Shown here in pieces: positions 49,752 to 58,899 of a stretch of DNA of 64,000 nt (its first letter is position 1; each line of letters opens with the position of its first letter). A model generated the notes under the pieces. The model was not told where the DNA came from, did no database searches, and worked only from the letters and a program-made list of their open reading frames with translations. The stretch comes from an uncultured Gemmatimonadales bacterium (lineage in GTDB: Bacteria; Gemmatimonadota; Gemmatimonadetes; Gemmatimonadales; GWC2-71-9). Location of the stretch: the NCBI GenBank assembly GCA_963822925.1, contig CAWGJN010000001.1:345622-409621 (forward strand). The letters are read 5' to 3'. A program made the position numbers and the translations under genes.

Positions 49752-51331
49752 TGCGCGCCACACTGATTGCATTGCTCCTGGTATCCACGCCCGCGGCTGC
49801 CCAACTGGGGCTGACGCCCGCACCCGCCGTCGCACCGGCGGCGAGTGCGGCGTACCGGTCGGCCTTGACCCTGCCGTCCCCGGCACCGGGGTTCTCACCC
49901 GTGCCGGCATCGCCCGGAGAGTGGCACCAGGGTGATCCGGCCGACTCGCTCTACAAGTCGGCCCGGAATGCGCTGAGCAAGGACCAGTACAAGACGGCGG
50001 CCGATCTCTTCCGCCAGGTGCGCTCGCGGTTTCCCAAGTCGAGCTATGTGCCGGATACCTATTACTACGAAGCGTTCGCGCTCTACCGCACCGGCAGCAA
50101 TGCCAACCTGCGGCAGGCAGGAAACCTCCTGGAGACGCAGGCCAGCAAGTACCCGAAGGCCGCGACGGCGGGCGACGCGCGCGCGCTCATGTCGCGCATC
50201 GATGCCCAGCTGGCACAGAAGGGGGATGCGCAGGCGGCGGAGCGGATGTCGACCACGGCATCGGCTGCCGCCGCGCCCCGCGCCGCGCCAGCGGCTGCTG
50301 CCGCGCCGCTGCCCCCCACGGGACCGATGTCGGCGCCCATGGCGGCACCTCCCACAGCGCCATCGGCAATCGACCGGGGCCGTACACCCCGTACGCCGCG
50401 GACGCCGGTAGCGCCGCGCACACCCCGCGCACCGGGGGGCGATGACTGCGGCGACGAGGAGGACGACGTCCAGATGGCAGCCCTCAACGGCCTGATGCAG
50501 ATGGATCCGTCCAAGGCGACCCCGATCCTCCAGAAGGTGCTGGCGCGGCGCGACTCCGGCTCCGCGTGTCTGCGTCGCAAGGCGGTGTTCCTGATCGCGC
50601 AGCAGGAGACGGCAAGTGCCGAGAGCATCCTGCTCAGCGTAGCGCGTACCGATCCCGACCCCGAGGTGCGGTCGCAGGCGGTGTTCTGGTTGTCGCAGGT
50701 GAACAGCCCGACCGCGGTGGCGGCGCTTGACTCGATCCTGCGCACGTCGAATGACCCGGAACTGCAGGAGAAAGCGCTCTTCGCACTGTCGCAGCAGGAT
50801 TCGCCCAGGGCGACGCAGGCGCTGCGGGCATATGCCTCGCAGGAGAACGCGCCGGAGGAGATGCGCGAGAAGGCGGTGTTCTGGCTGGGACAGCGGGGCG
50901 ACACATCGAGCATCGCCTTCCTGCGCACACTGTACGGGCGCACCACGAACGACGAGCTCAAAGAGCGGATCCTCTTCGCGGTGTCGCAGTCGGAGACCGC
51001 GGGCGCCCAGGCGTGGCTGCTGGAGGTTGCACAGAACCCTCGCGAGTCGATCGACGCGCGGAAGCAGGCACTCTTCTGGGCGGCACAGAACGGGGCGAGC
51101 ATCGCGAGCCTCAGCAAGCTGTACGGACAGCTGCAGGACATGGAGCTCAAGGAGCAGCTGATCTTCGTGCTGGGCCAGAGCAATGACCCGGCAGCGGTAA
51201 CCAAGCTGCTGGATATCGCTCGGACCGATCCCGATCGCGAGTTGCGGAAGAAGGCCATCTTCTGGCTGGGCCAGTCGAACGATCCGCGCGCAGCGCAGGC
51301 GCTGGAATCGATCCTGACCGGAAGCAAGTGA
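49751..51331 (+). CDS. secreted TPR-like/HEAT-repeat (PBS-lyase HEAT-like) protein
   Basis: Signal peptide MRATLIALLLVSTPAAAQ. At least 8 repeats of the 'D..(V/L)R..A(V/I)F(W/A)L(G/S)Q' type. Confidence 0.7.
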   Translation: MRATLIALLLVSTPAAAQLGLTPAPAVAPAASAAYRSALTLPSPAPGFSPVPASPGEWHQGDPADSLYKSARNALSKDQYKTAADLFRQVRSRFPKSSYVPDTYYYEAFALYRTGSNANLRQAGNLLETQASKYPKAATAGDARALMSRIDAQLAQKGDAQAAERMSTTASAAAAPRAAPAAAAAPLPPTGPMSAPMAAPPTAPSAIDRGRTPRTPRTPVAPRTPRAPGGDDCGDEEDDVQMAALNGLMQMDPSKATPILQKVLARRDSGSACLRRKAVFLIAQQETASAESILLSVARTDPDPEVRSQAVFWLSQVNSPTAVAALDSILRTSNDPELQEKALFALSQQDSPRATQALRAYASQENAPEEMREKAVFWLGQRGDTSSIAFLRTLYGRTTNDELKERILFAVSQSETAGAQAWLLEVAQNPRESIDARKQALFWAAQNGASIASLSKLYGQLQDMELKEQLIFVLGQSNDPAAVTKLLDIARTDPDRELRKKAIFWLGQSNDPRAAQALESILTGSK

Positions 51332-51340
51332 GGGACGATC

Positions 51341-52127
51341 ATGGCAGACGTCTGGCGCGGTGCGATCTGCGGTGCGGTGGCGGCGATGCTGCTCCCCGCC
51401 CTCGCCGGGGCCCAGAGCCTCGAGTCGAAAGTGTTCGCAAAACGGGACGCAGTGGTGCGGCTCAGCTATGCGAGCCGGCCCGGCGTGTGTGGCGGGGGGA
51501 ATGGCAACATCAACATCACCGATGACGATGACGAGCAGGATGGATGGACGTCGGACTGCGAGCAGGGTCCGGTGCGGGTGACGCTCACGATCGAAAGTGG
51601 CAGCGTGACCCGTGTGACGACGCGGGTGGGAGGGCGATGGCTGCCCCGGAGCGGGGTGGTGGACCTGGGCACGGTGCCCGCCGCCGCGGCGTCGCAACTC
51701 ATGCTGGGCATTGCCCGTACAGGGGGAAGGGCCGCCGAGGACGCCATCATGCCGGCGATGCTGGCCGATAGCGTCCAGATCTGGCCCGACCTCATCCGGT
51801 CTCGCGAAGAACCCGAAGGTGGATACCGACGTCCGCAAGTCAGCGGTGTTCTGGGTGGGCCAGGCGGCCGCCAGCGCGGCAACGGTGGGCCTGGTGGAAG
51901 TCGTTGGTAACGCGGCGGTGGACCGTGACGTCCGCGAATCGGCGGTGTTCGCGCTGTCGCAGCGCCCGAACGATGAGGGCATTCCCGCGCTCCTCACCGC
52001 TGCCCGCACCGACAAGGACAAGAAGATCCGGCGGAGCGCGATTTTCTGGCTGGGGCAGTCGGATGATCCGCGGGCGCTCGCCTACTTCGAGGAAGTCCTG
52101 GCGAAAGGACCGGCCAGCGGACCCTGA
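51341..52127 (+). pseudogene. secreted HEAT-repeat protein, split by a 1-nt frameshift near 51800
   Basis: ORF 51341..51910 (signal peptide plus N-terminal domain) and ORF 51711..52127 (HEAT repeats) join as ...IWPDLIR|LAKNPKVDTDVRKSAVFWVGQ if nt 51800 is skipped. Confidence 0.65.
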
Positions 52128-52130
52128 GCC

Positions 52131-52170
52131 GGTTGCCAGGGCGCAACCCTTTCCCGGCGGCCGCCATCTA
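52131..52170 (+). promoter_or_regulatory. second copy of the hairpin plus AACC-N18-TCTA motif (candidate ECF-dependent promoter)
   Basis: GGTTGC at 52131-52136, CGCAACCCTTTCCCGGC at 52142-52158, TCTA at 52167-52170. It lies 45 nt before the ATG at 52215. Confidence 0.45.
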
Positions 52171-52214
52171 AGCCGCACACGCTGACCAACGCACGCCGGG
52201 GAAATGCTCATCTG

Positions 52215-54881
52215 ATGCTGGTCGCACTGCTGCTCCAGGTTGCCGTCATCGCGTCGCCCGGCGGCGGTCCCTCACCCGACTCCGTGGCGCTGCAGGCCAC
52301 GCGCAACGTGCACGCCACGCGTGTCGCCGAGCCGGTTCGCATCGACGGTATCCTGGATGACAGCATCTGGAGCCGGGCCACCCCGGTGTCGGGCTTTGTG
52401 CAGCGGGAGCCGAAGGAAGGCGCCCCGGCCACGGAGCGCACTGACGTGCGCGTGGTATTCGACAACGGTGCGGTGTACATCGGCGCCGAGATGTTCGACG
52501 CAGGTCCTGATTCCATCCGCAGCCAGCTGGCCCGTCGCGATACCTGGGTCAGCGCCGACCGCTTCTGGGTGTTCCTCGATACCTACCATGACAAGCGCAC
52601 CGGTTTCTACTTCGCGCTGAACGCGGCGGGGGTGCAGTACGACGGCACCCTCATGAATGACGACTGGGACGACAACACGTGGGACGGCGTGTGGCAAGGC
52701 GCGGTGCACCGGACCCCCACCGGGTGGACCGCGGAGATGCGCATTCCCTACTCGCAGCTCCGGTTCAACCCGGCGGCTCAGCAGATCTGGGGCATCAACT
52801 TCTGCCGGGACATCGCGCGGCGAAACGAGCGCGACTTTCTGGTCTTCACGCCGAGCAACGCGAGCGGGTTCGTCTCCCGGTTTCCCGAGCTCCAGGGCCT
52901 CGACCAGCTCCAGCCCCCACGGCGTCTCGAACTCCTTCCGTACACCACCGCCAAGGCGGAATTCGTCTCCCACGATCCGGGCGATCCGTACAACGACGGT
53001 TCCGTGTATGGCATCGGTGTGGGCGGCGATTTCCGCGTCGGGCTCGGCTCCAACCTCACTATCAACGGCACGATCAACCCCGATTTCGGCCAGGTCGAGG
53101 TGGACCCTGCCGTGGTGAACCTGAGCGATGTGGAGACGTTCTTCCCGGAGCGGCGGCCATTCTTCGTGGAGGGAGCGAACACCTTCACCAACTTCGGCTT
53201 TGGGGGGTCGAACAACTACTGGGGATTCAACTGGTCGTCGTTCGACTTCATCTACACGCGGCGCATCGGGCGGGCGCCGACGGGCGCCACTCCGGACGAT
53301 GCGTCGTACGTGGACGAGCCGGGCGGCACCACGATTCTCGGCGCCCTCAAGCTCTCGGGGAAGCTGGGCGGTTGGAATGTCGGGGCGCTGTCATCGCTCA
53401 CCAAGCGGGAGTTCGCCGACTATCAGGTAGAGGGCGTGCCAGGAAACGTACAGGTCGAGCCACTCACGAGCTGGAACGCGATCCGGATGCAGAAGGACAT
53501 CGCCAACGGGCGGCAGGGTATCGGGATCATCTCCACGATCACGCAGCGGTTCTTCAACGAGTCGGGCATGCCCGACCAGATGAACCGCGGCGGCTACACC
53601 TTCGGCGTGGATGGCTGGAGCTTCCTGGACGAGAAGCGGGTATACGTCCTCACCGGGTGGCTCGGCGGCAGCCTGGTCACCGGCACCGAGCTACGGATGA
53701 CCGACCTGCAGCTGAGCAGCACGCACTATTTCCAGCGCCCCGATCAGGACTATGTGCACGTCGATTCGCAGGCCACAAGCCTGAGCGGGTTCGGCGGCCG
53801 CCTGGTGCTCAACAAGCAGAAGGGAGCGGTACAGCTGAACGCGTCCCTGGCCGCGATCAACCCGGGTCTCGAGCTCAACGACATCGGGTTCGCACCCCGC
53901 ACCGACCTCATCAACAGCCATGTCGTGGTGGGCTATCGCTGGACCAAGCCCACGTCGCTGTACCAGCGCACCAACTTCAACGTCGCGGCGTTCAGCAGCT
54001 GGGATTTCGGCTGGGACAACACCTGGCTCGGCCTCTTCGCCAACGGCAACATGCTCTTCCGCAACTTCTGGAGTGCCCGCGCGCGCATCGGGGCGAATCC
54101 GCAGACAATCAATATCCGGGCGACGCGGGGCGGGCCCGCGATCCTCAACCCGCCGGGATTCGACGGCGGGGTCGGCTTCAGCTCCGACGACCGCAAGAAG
54201 GTGGTGCTGAACTCAGACTTCTACTTCAGCCGCTATCAGCAGGGCGCGGACAACAGCTGGGGGCTCGACACCTACCTGGAGTGGCGGCCGATGCAGCGGC
54301 TGCAGGTCAGCGTGGGACCGAGTCTTTCCCACAACCTCACGAGTGTGCAGTACATCGATACCTATGCCGATCCAACGGCGACCGCGACGTACGGCAACCG
54401 CTACGTGTTTGGCAACCTCGACCAGTGGACCCTCTCCGGGAACATCCGGCTCAACTGGATCTTCACGCCCAAGCTGAGTCTCGAACTCTTCATGCAGCCA
54501 TTCGTGTCGTCGGGCAACTATCGCCAGTTCACAGAACTTGCCGAGCCGCGGACGTTCGACTTCAACGTGTTCGGGCAGAATGGCTCGACCTACGATCCGA
54601 GCACCGGCATCGCGGACCCGGACGGCCCCAATGGCCCGGCGGCACCCATCGACATCGGCGACCAGAACTTCCAGTTCGCCTCGCTCCGCGGCAACGCGGT
54701 GCTGCGGTGGGAATGGTCACCGGGCTCGACCCTGTTCGTAGTCTGGACCCACAACCGGGACAATTCGACCAACTCGCTCGAGGACAGCGAGTTCAATCCC
54801 GGCCAGTCGTTCGACAACCTGCTGCAGGCTCCCGCCGACAACGTTCTCCTGGTCAAGTTCACCTGGTGGCTGAATCCCTGA
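52215..54881 (+). CDS. DUF5916-type large outer-membrane protein with N-terminal CBM9-like domain
   Basis: 888 aa. N-terminal 'RIDGILDDSIWSRATPVSGFVQREPKEG...' module, long beta-rich body, and C-terminal ...LLVKFTWWLNP. Confidence 0.55.
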   Translation: MLVALLLQVAVIASPGGGPSPDSVALQATRNVHATRVAEPVRIDGILDDSIWSRATPVSGFVQREPKEGAPATERTDVRVVFDNGAVYIGAEMFDAGPDSIRSQLARRDTWVSADRFWVFLDTYHDKRTGFYFALNAAGVQYDGTLMNDDWDDNTWDGVWQGAVHRTPTGWTAEMRIPYSQLRFNPAAQQIWGINFCRDIARRNERDFLVFTPSNASGFVSRFPELQGLDQLQPPRRLELLPYTTAKAEFVSHDPGDPYNDGSVYGIGVGGDFRVGLGSNLTINGTINPDFGQVEVDPAVVNLSDVETFFPERRPFFVEGANTFTNFGFGGSNNYWGFNWSSFDFIYTRRIGRAPTGATPDDASYVDEPGGTTILGALKLSGKLGGWNVGALSSLTKREFADYQVEGVPGNVQVEPLTSWNAIRMQKDIANGRQGIGIISTITQRFFNESGMPDQMNRGGYTFGVDGWSFLDEKRVYVLTGWLGGSLVTGTELRMTDLQLSSTHYFQRPDQDYVHVDSQATSLSGFGGRLVLNKQKGAVQLNASLAAINPGLELNDIGFAPRTDLINSHVVVGYRWTKPTSLYQRTNFNVAAFSSWDFGWDNTWLGLFANGNMLFRNFWSARARIGANPQTINIRATRGGPAILNPPGFDGGVGFSSDDRKKVVLNSDFYFSRYQQGADNSWGLDTYLEWRPMQRLQVSVGPSLSHNLTSVQYIDTYADPTATATYGNRYVFGNLDQWTLSGNIRLNWIFTPKLSLELFMQPFVSSGNYRQFTELAEPRTFDFNVFGQNGSTYDPSTGIADPDGPNGPAAPIDIGDQNFQFASLRGNAVLRWEWSPGSTLFVVWTHNRDNSTNSLEDSEFNPGQSFDNLLQAPADNVLLVKFTWWLNP

Positions 54882-54932
54882 GAGGCCAGGCGGCAGGCAG
54901 CAGGCGGTCGTTCGGTTAGATTCTTCTCCCCC

Positions 54933-56015
54933 ATGTCTCGCCTGTCCCTGCCCGCTCGCTCGGGCCTGATCGCCTTGCTCGTTGCCGCCTGCGGCCCCGA
55001 ACCTGCCGCGACACCCCAATTCACTCTCGTGCCGGGCAACGACTCGGTGATGGCACCATTCGCCGAGGCCACCGATGCGGCCTGGCTGGGTGGGGAACGC
55101 TGGGCGGTGTTGCTGCCGGGCGGGCCGGAAGCGGACATCATCGACTTCGCGAGCCACTCACGGGCGCCGCTGGGCAGCAAGGCCAACCTGGACAGCCCAT
55201 TCAGCGTGTTCCGGGCAGCGGATACGCTGTACGCGGGCGAGCCGCTCAAGCGACGGCTGACATTCTGGACGCTGGACGGGACCTTCGCGCGATTCGAACC
55301 GGCCTCCGACCTGGTGCGCGGGGCGCTGCCGCGCGCGCGGGACGCCGCGGGGCACTTCTACATCGAGTTGCGTCCGGCGGCGGGCGCCGACGGCAGTGGC
55401 AACCGCGATTCCGCGGTGGTAGTGAAACTCGATGCCGGCAAGGTCGACACGATCGCGCGCCTCGCGCCGATCGATTTGGCCAAGGTGGCGAGTCCCACCG
55501 GCGAGCGATTCGAGCGCCGGGTCTTCAGCGGTGTGGACCGGTGGGGAGTGTATCCCGACGGCACAGTCTGGCTGGCGCGAGTCTACCACAACCGGGTGGA
55601 CTTCCGGGCGCCCGATGGCACGATCACGAAGGGCGAGCCGCTGCCCGACCGCGTGCTCGAGGTGACGCGCGCAGACCGTGACCTGTTCGTGCGCAAGTTC
55701 CCCGAGGAACTGCGGGGCACCGCCGAGCAGCTGCCGTTCGCCCCGATCAAGGCGGCATTCACCAGCGCGTTTGCCGATGCGCAGGGCCGGATCTGGCTCG
55801 AGGGAAGCCGGTCGGTGAGCGACTCGGCGCAGCGCTACAACGTGGTAGGCCGCGACGGGCACCTGCAGTTTGTCGCTGTACTTCCCGGCACGGGTCGCGC
55901 CATTGCTGCCTCCCCTACCCACATCCTGGTGGCCGACCTGGTGCGCGAGGGCATTCGCCTGCGGCTCGCGCCCGTACCGATGCTTCCGGCTGCCCCCTCC
56001 AATACTGCCAAGTGA
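54933..56015 (+). CDS. hypothetical lipoprotein (beta-propeller-like), paralogue A
   Basis: Lipobox LLVAAC. Shares sequence blocks with the next gene. Confidence 0.55.
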   Translation: MSRLSLPARSGLIALLVAACGPEPAATPQFTLVPGNDSVMAPFAEATDAAWLGGERWAVLLPGGPEADIIDFASHSRAPLGSKANLDSPFSVFRAADTLYAGEPLKRRLTFWTLDGTFARFEPASDLVRGALPRARDAAGHFYIELRPAAGADGSGNRDSAVVVKLDAGKVDTIARLAPIDLAKVASPTGERFERRVFSGVDRWGVYPDGTVWLARVYHNRVDFRAPDGTITKGEPLPDRVLEVTRADRDLFVRKFPEELRGTAEQLPFAPIKAAFTSAFADAQGRIWLEGSRSVSDSAQRYNVVGRDGHLQFVAVLPGTGRAIAASPTHILVADLVREGIRLRLAPVPMLPAAPSNTAK

Positions 56016-56020
56016 GAGTG

Positions 56021-57109
56021 ATGAGAACCAGCAACTCCAGATTGCCGATCGTGGCCCTGCTTCTGCTGTCCGCGTGCGGGCCACGCGTACCCTCGGTGAC
56101 GCTCGCGGTGGACAAGAAGCTCAACGCCACCTTCGGAGGCGTGAGCGACGTGGTGGAGATCTCAGACGGACGGGTGGCGTTCGCCGACCCGATGGCGCGC
56201 CGCTTCCACACTGGTGACTTCGCGACCGGCGCCGTGGATACCATCGGTGTGCCAGTGGATTCCCTGCCCTACAACGCCCCGCCCTCCCTCTACAAGCATC
56301 CCGGCTGGGTGGCGCAACTGGCCGCCGACACGGTGGCGGTGGTGGATTTCGGTGCGACGCGGACGACGCTCTGGACGCCGGCTGGCTTCGCGCGTGTACT
56401 CACAATTCCCGATGCCGGCGGCGCCACGCCGGTGCTGATATACGATACGCTGGGCCATGGCTACAAGGTGGACTTCCGCACGGTGACGGGCGGAGCGGAG
56501 CCGGGTACCGCAATGCGAACCGACAGCCTGCCGGTGCTGCGGCTCGGCCTGACGAGCGGTACGGTCGATACCGTGGCGCGGCTCAGCATACCCGAATTTG
56601 GCGAGGCGACATTCGGTCCGCAGAGGCAGTCGGTGGCGCAGATCTTCGGACCGACGGACATTTTCGGCGTGTTGCCGGACGGCGCGGTATGGGTGGCTCG
56701 CGCCCGGACGATGTCTGTGGACTGGCGCACGCCAGACGGCAAGTGGACGCGTGGCGCGGAACACAGCTATCCGAAGGTGTCGGTGACGAAGGAGGACAAG
56801 AAGCGGGTGATGGACCGACTGCACGCGCGGGGTCTGCCGAGCAACGTGGAGGTGGTGTTCCCGTTCGCAAAGACGAAGCCATCGTTCGAGGCAGCGATCG
56901 GGCGTCCGGGCGGGGAAGTGTGGCTGCAGTACAGCCGGGCCGACGAGGCGGAGCCGATGAGCTATGCCGTGATCGGAAAGGACGGCACGATGCTGCGCAC
57001 GGTGACGGCACCGGCGGGGGTGGGGATCACCAGCGTGAGCCGCCAGTACGCGTACGGCGCGCTCAAGACCGGTGAGTCTCGGGAGCTGGTACGCCTGGCG
57101 GTGCCCTGA
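56021..57109 (+). CDS. hypothetical lipoprotein (beta-propeller-like), paralogue B
   Basis: ATG at 56021 (ORF track GTG at 56012). Lipobox LLLSAC. Blocks such as LPDGAVWVARA and TPDGKWTRG match YPDGTVWLARV and APDGTITKG in paralogue A. Confidence 0.55.
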   Translation: MRTSNSRLPIVALLLLSACGPRVPSVTLAVDKKLNATFGGVSDVVEISDGRVAFADPMARRFHTGDFATGAVDTIGVPVDSLPYNAPPSLYKHPGWVAQLAADTVAVVDFGATRTTLWTPAGFARVLTIPDAGGATPVLIYDTLGHGYKVDFRTVTGGAEPGTAMRTDSLPVLRLGLTSGTVDTVARLSIPEFGEATFGPQRQSVAQIFGPTDIFGVLPDGAVWVARARTMSVDWRTPDGKWTRGAEHSYPKVSVTKEDKKRVMDRLHARGLPSNVEVVFPFAKTKPSFEAAIGRPGGEVWLQYSRADEAEPMSYAVIGKDGTMLRTVTAPAGVGITSVSRQYAYGALKTGESRELVRLAVP

Positions 57110-57115
57110 CACGCG

Positions 57116-58165
57116 TCAGCCGCTGCCGGCACCGTCGAAATCTATGACCAGCTTGCCCGTTTGCTCGCCGCGGGCAAGCCGCTGGTAGGCCTCCATCGCT
57201 CGATCGAACGGCACCACCTGGTCCACATGGGGCCAGAGCAGTCCCTCCCCGGCAAGCCGCACGATCTCCCGATACTCCGCATGGCTTCCGAGCGTGGAGC
57301 CCAACAGCGACCACTGATGCCAGAAGAGACGGCGCAGGTCGAGGGAGACGTGCGGGCCGCCGGTGGCCCCGCAGGTAACCAGGCGACCGCCGCGACGCAG
57401 GAGGCGGGTGGACCGCTGCCAGGTGGGCTCTCCCACGCTATCGATGATGACGTCGGCCCCGCGATTGGCGGTAAGCTCGCGCACGCGGGCCACGACATCC
57501 TCGGTGGCGTGATTCACCAGCGCCTCGGCCCCAACGCTCCGCGCCACCTCGAGCTTTTCAGCACTGCTGCTGGTGGCGATGACGCGGGCGCCGGCGTAGA
57601 CGGCGACCTGGACCGCCGCGAGTGCCACCCCGCCGCCCACGCCCCACACCAGCACCGTCTCCCCCGGCAGCACTCGCGCGCGTGAGACCAGCATGCGCCA
57701 GGCGGTGAGCGTGGCCAGGGAATACGCGGCGGCCTCGGGCCAGGGCATCACGGCCGGTACCCCGCCCAGGTTCGACTCGGGCACCACGATGAACTCGGCA
57801 AGAGTGCCGCTCCGATGCTCGCCCAGCACCTGAAACGCCGGACAGAGGGACTCCTCACCCTGCAGACATTCGGCGCATGTTCCGCACGACACGCCCGGAT
57901 TGATCATGACCCGGTCACCGGGGCGCACCAGGGTGACGGCGCTTCCCACCGATTCCACCACCCCGGCGCCGTCGGAGCCCACGATCTGGGGAAAGACGTA
58001 GGCAACGCCGGGCAGTCCGTCGGCCACAAACAGGTCCAGCCGGTTGAGGGCCGCGGCACGGATCCGGACCAGGACATCGTGCGGAGCGCGGATTTCGGGG
58101 GCCGGCACCTCGGCCAGCGCGAGGTGCTGGAGCCCCCCCGCCGCCTGGAGCACGAGGGCACGCAT
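57116..58165 (-). CDS. zinc-type alcohol dehydrogenase/quinone oxidoreductase (MDR superfamily)
   Basis: ATG at 58165 (MRALVLQ...). CGTCAEC structural-zinc-like cluster and VWGVGGGVA nucleotide loop. Confidence 0.8.
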   Translation of the reverse strand: MRALVLQAAGGLQHLALAEVPAPEIRAPHDVLVRIRAAALNRLDLFVADGLPGVAYVFPQIVGSDGAGVVESVGSAVTLVRPGDRVMINPGVSCGTCAECLQGEESLCPAFQVLGEHRSGTLAEFIVVPESNLGGVPAVMPWPEAAAYSLATLTAWRMLVSRARVLPGETVLVWGVGGGVALAAVQVAVYAGARVIATSSSAEKLEVARSVGAEALVNHATEDVVARVRELTANRGADVIIDSVGEPTWQRSTRLLRRGGRLVTCGATGGPHVSLDLRRLFWHQWSLLGSTLGSHAEYREIVRLAGEGLLWPHVDQVVPFDRAMEAYQRLARGEQTGKLVIDFDGAGSG

Positions 58166-58374
58166 GAGGAACCCGGCGCCGGCAGGCGCACCAGTTGCAG
58201 GCTGGTTCATGCGGTGACAGGCTTTGCAGTCATGTCGTTCGTTTTTCGGGTTGAAGCACAATCGAGCAGCTTGCAGAGCGACTGAAGTTGTGCATCTTAG
58301 GAGCGTTGGCGGAAGGCCCTATCGCCTCGACCGCGGCGGGTATCGCCGCATTCCAGGTACCACAGGAGCGTACG

Positions 58375-58815
58375 ATGGCCGAGCTTGAGTCGAGCTGGCA
58401 GAGCGCCGGGTGGATGGATGAACTCCCTGGGTCGGCGGAACCCGCAATGCCCCCGCCACCCCCGCCCCCACCACCCCCAGCCCCCACGCTGGGCGCGACG
58501 GTGAAGGCGGCGGTGGTGAAGGCCGAAAAGGCGGTCGAGAAGGCGGTCTCCAAGGCTACCAAAGCGGTGAAGAAGGTCGCCAAGAAGGCCTCAAAGAAGG
58601 CGGCCAAGCGCAGGGCAGTCCGGAAGGCAAAGAAGACGGTCCGGAAGGCGAAGCGGACGGTGAAGCGGGCAGTCCGTAAGGCAGCCCGGAAGGTGGCCAA
58701 GAAGAAGGCGACCGCGAAGCGGTCCGCAAGGAAGGCGAAGCGGACGGTGAAGCGGGCAGCCCGCAAGGCGGCCAGACCCGTGAAGAAAGCCGCCCGCAAG
58801 GCAAAGCGAGGCTAG
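58375..58815 (+). CDS. histone H1-like Lys/Ala-rich basic protein with acidic N-terminus and Pro11 run
   Basis: ATG at 58375 with AGGAG upstream. About 100 C-terminal residues consist of K/A/R/V repeats. Confidence 0.65.
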   Translation: MAELESSWQSAGWMDELPGSAEPAMPPPPPPPPPPAPTLGATVKAAVVKAEKAVEKAVSKATKAVKKVAKKASKKAAKRRAVRKAKKTVRKAKRTVKRAVRKAARKVAKKKATAKRSARKAKRTVKRAARKAARPVKKAARKAKRG

Positions 58816-58831
58816 CCACTCGACGAACCAC

Positions 58832-58871
58832 AACGCCCCGGCTCACGTGGAGCCGGGGCGTTGTGTATTTT
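58832..58871 (+). terminator. intrinsic terminator
   Basis: AACGCCCCGGCTC-ACGTG-GAGCCGGGGCGTT followed by GTGTATTTTA. Confidence 0.7.
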
Positions 58872-58899
58872 ATGCACTTCCCGATACGCCGGACGCCAT

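Noticed and set aside
51711-51910. Two real genes overlapping by 200 nt
   Set aside because: An overlap this long is atypical. The tail of the first ORF and the head of the second both look like out-of-frame sequence, while a single-nt correction gives a continuous HEAT-repeat protein similar to the upstream paralogue.
52204-52217. Mini-uORF ATG-CTC-ATC-TGA whose stop overlaps the ATG of the DUF5916 gene
   Set aside because: Three codons, no RBS, and it could easily arise by chance. Noted only as a curiosity.
58230-58799. 189-aa minus-strand ORF rich in Phe/Ala/Leu/Thr
   Set aside because: It is the reverse-complement reading of the Lys/Ala-rich histone-like gene (AAG/GCC repeats read as CTT/GGC). 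The + strand has an RBS and a terminator; this frame has neither.
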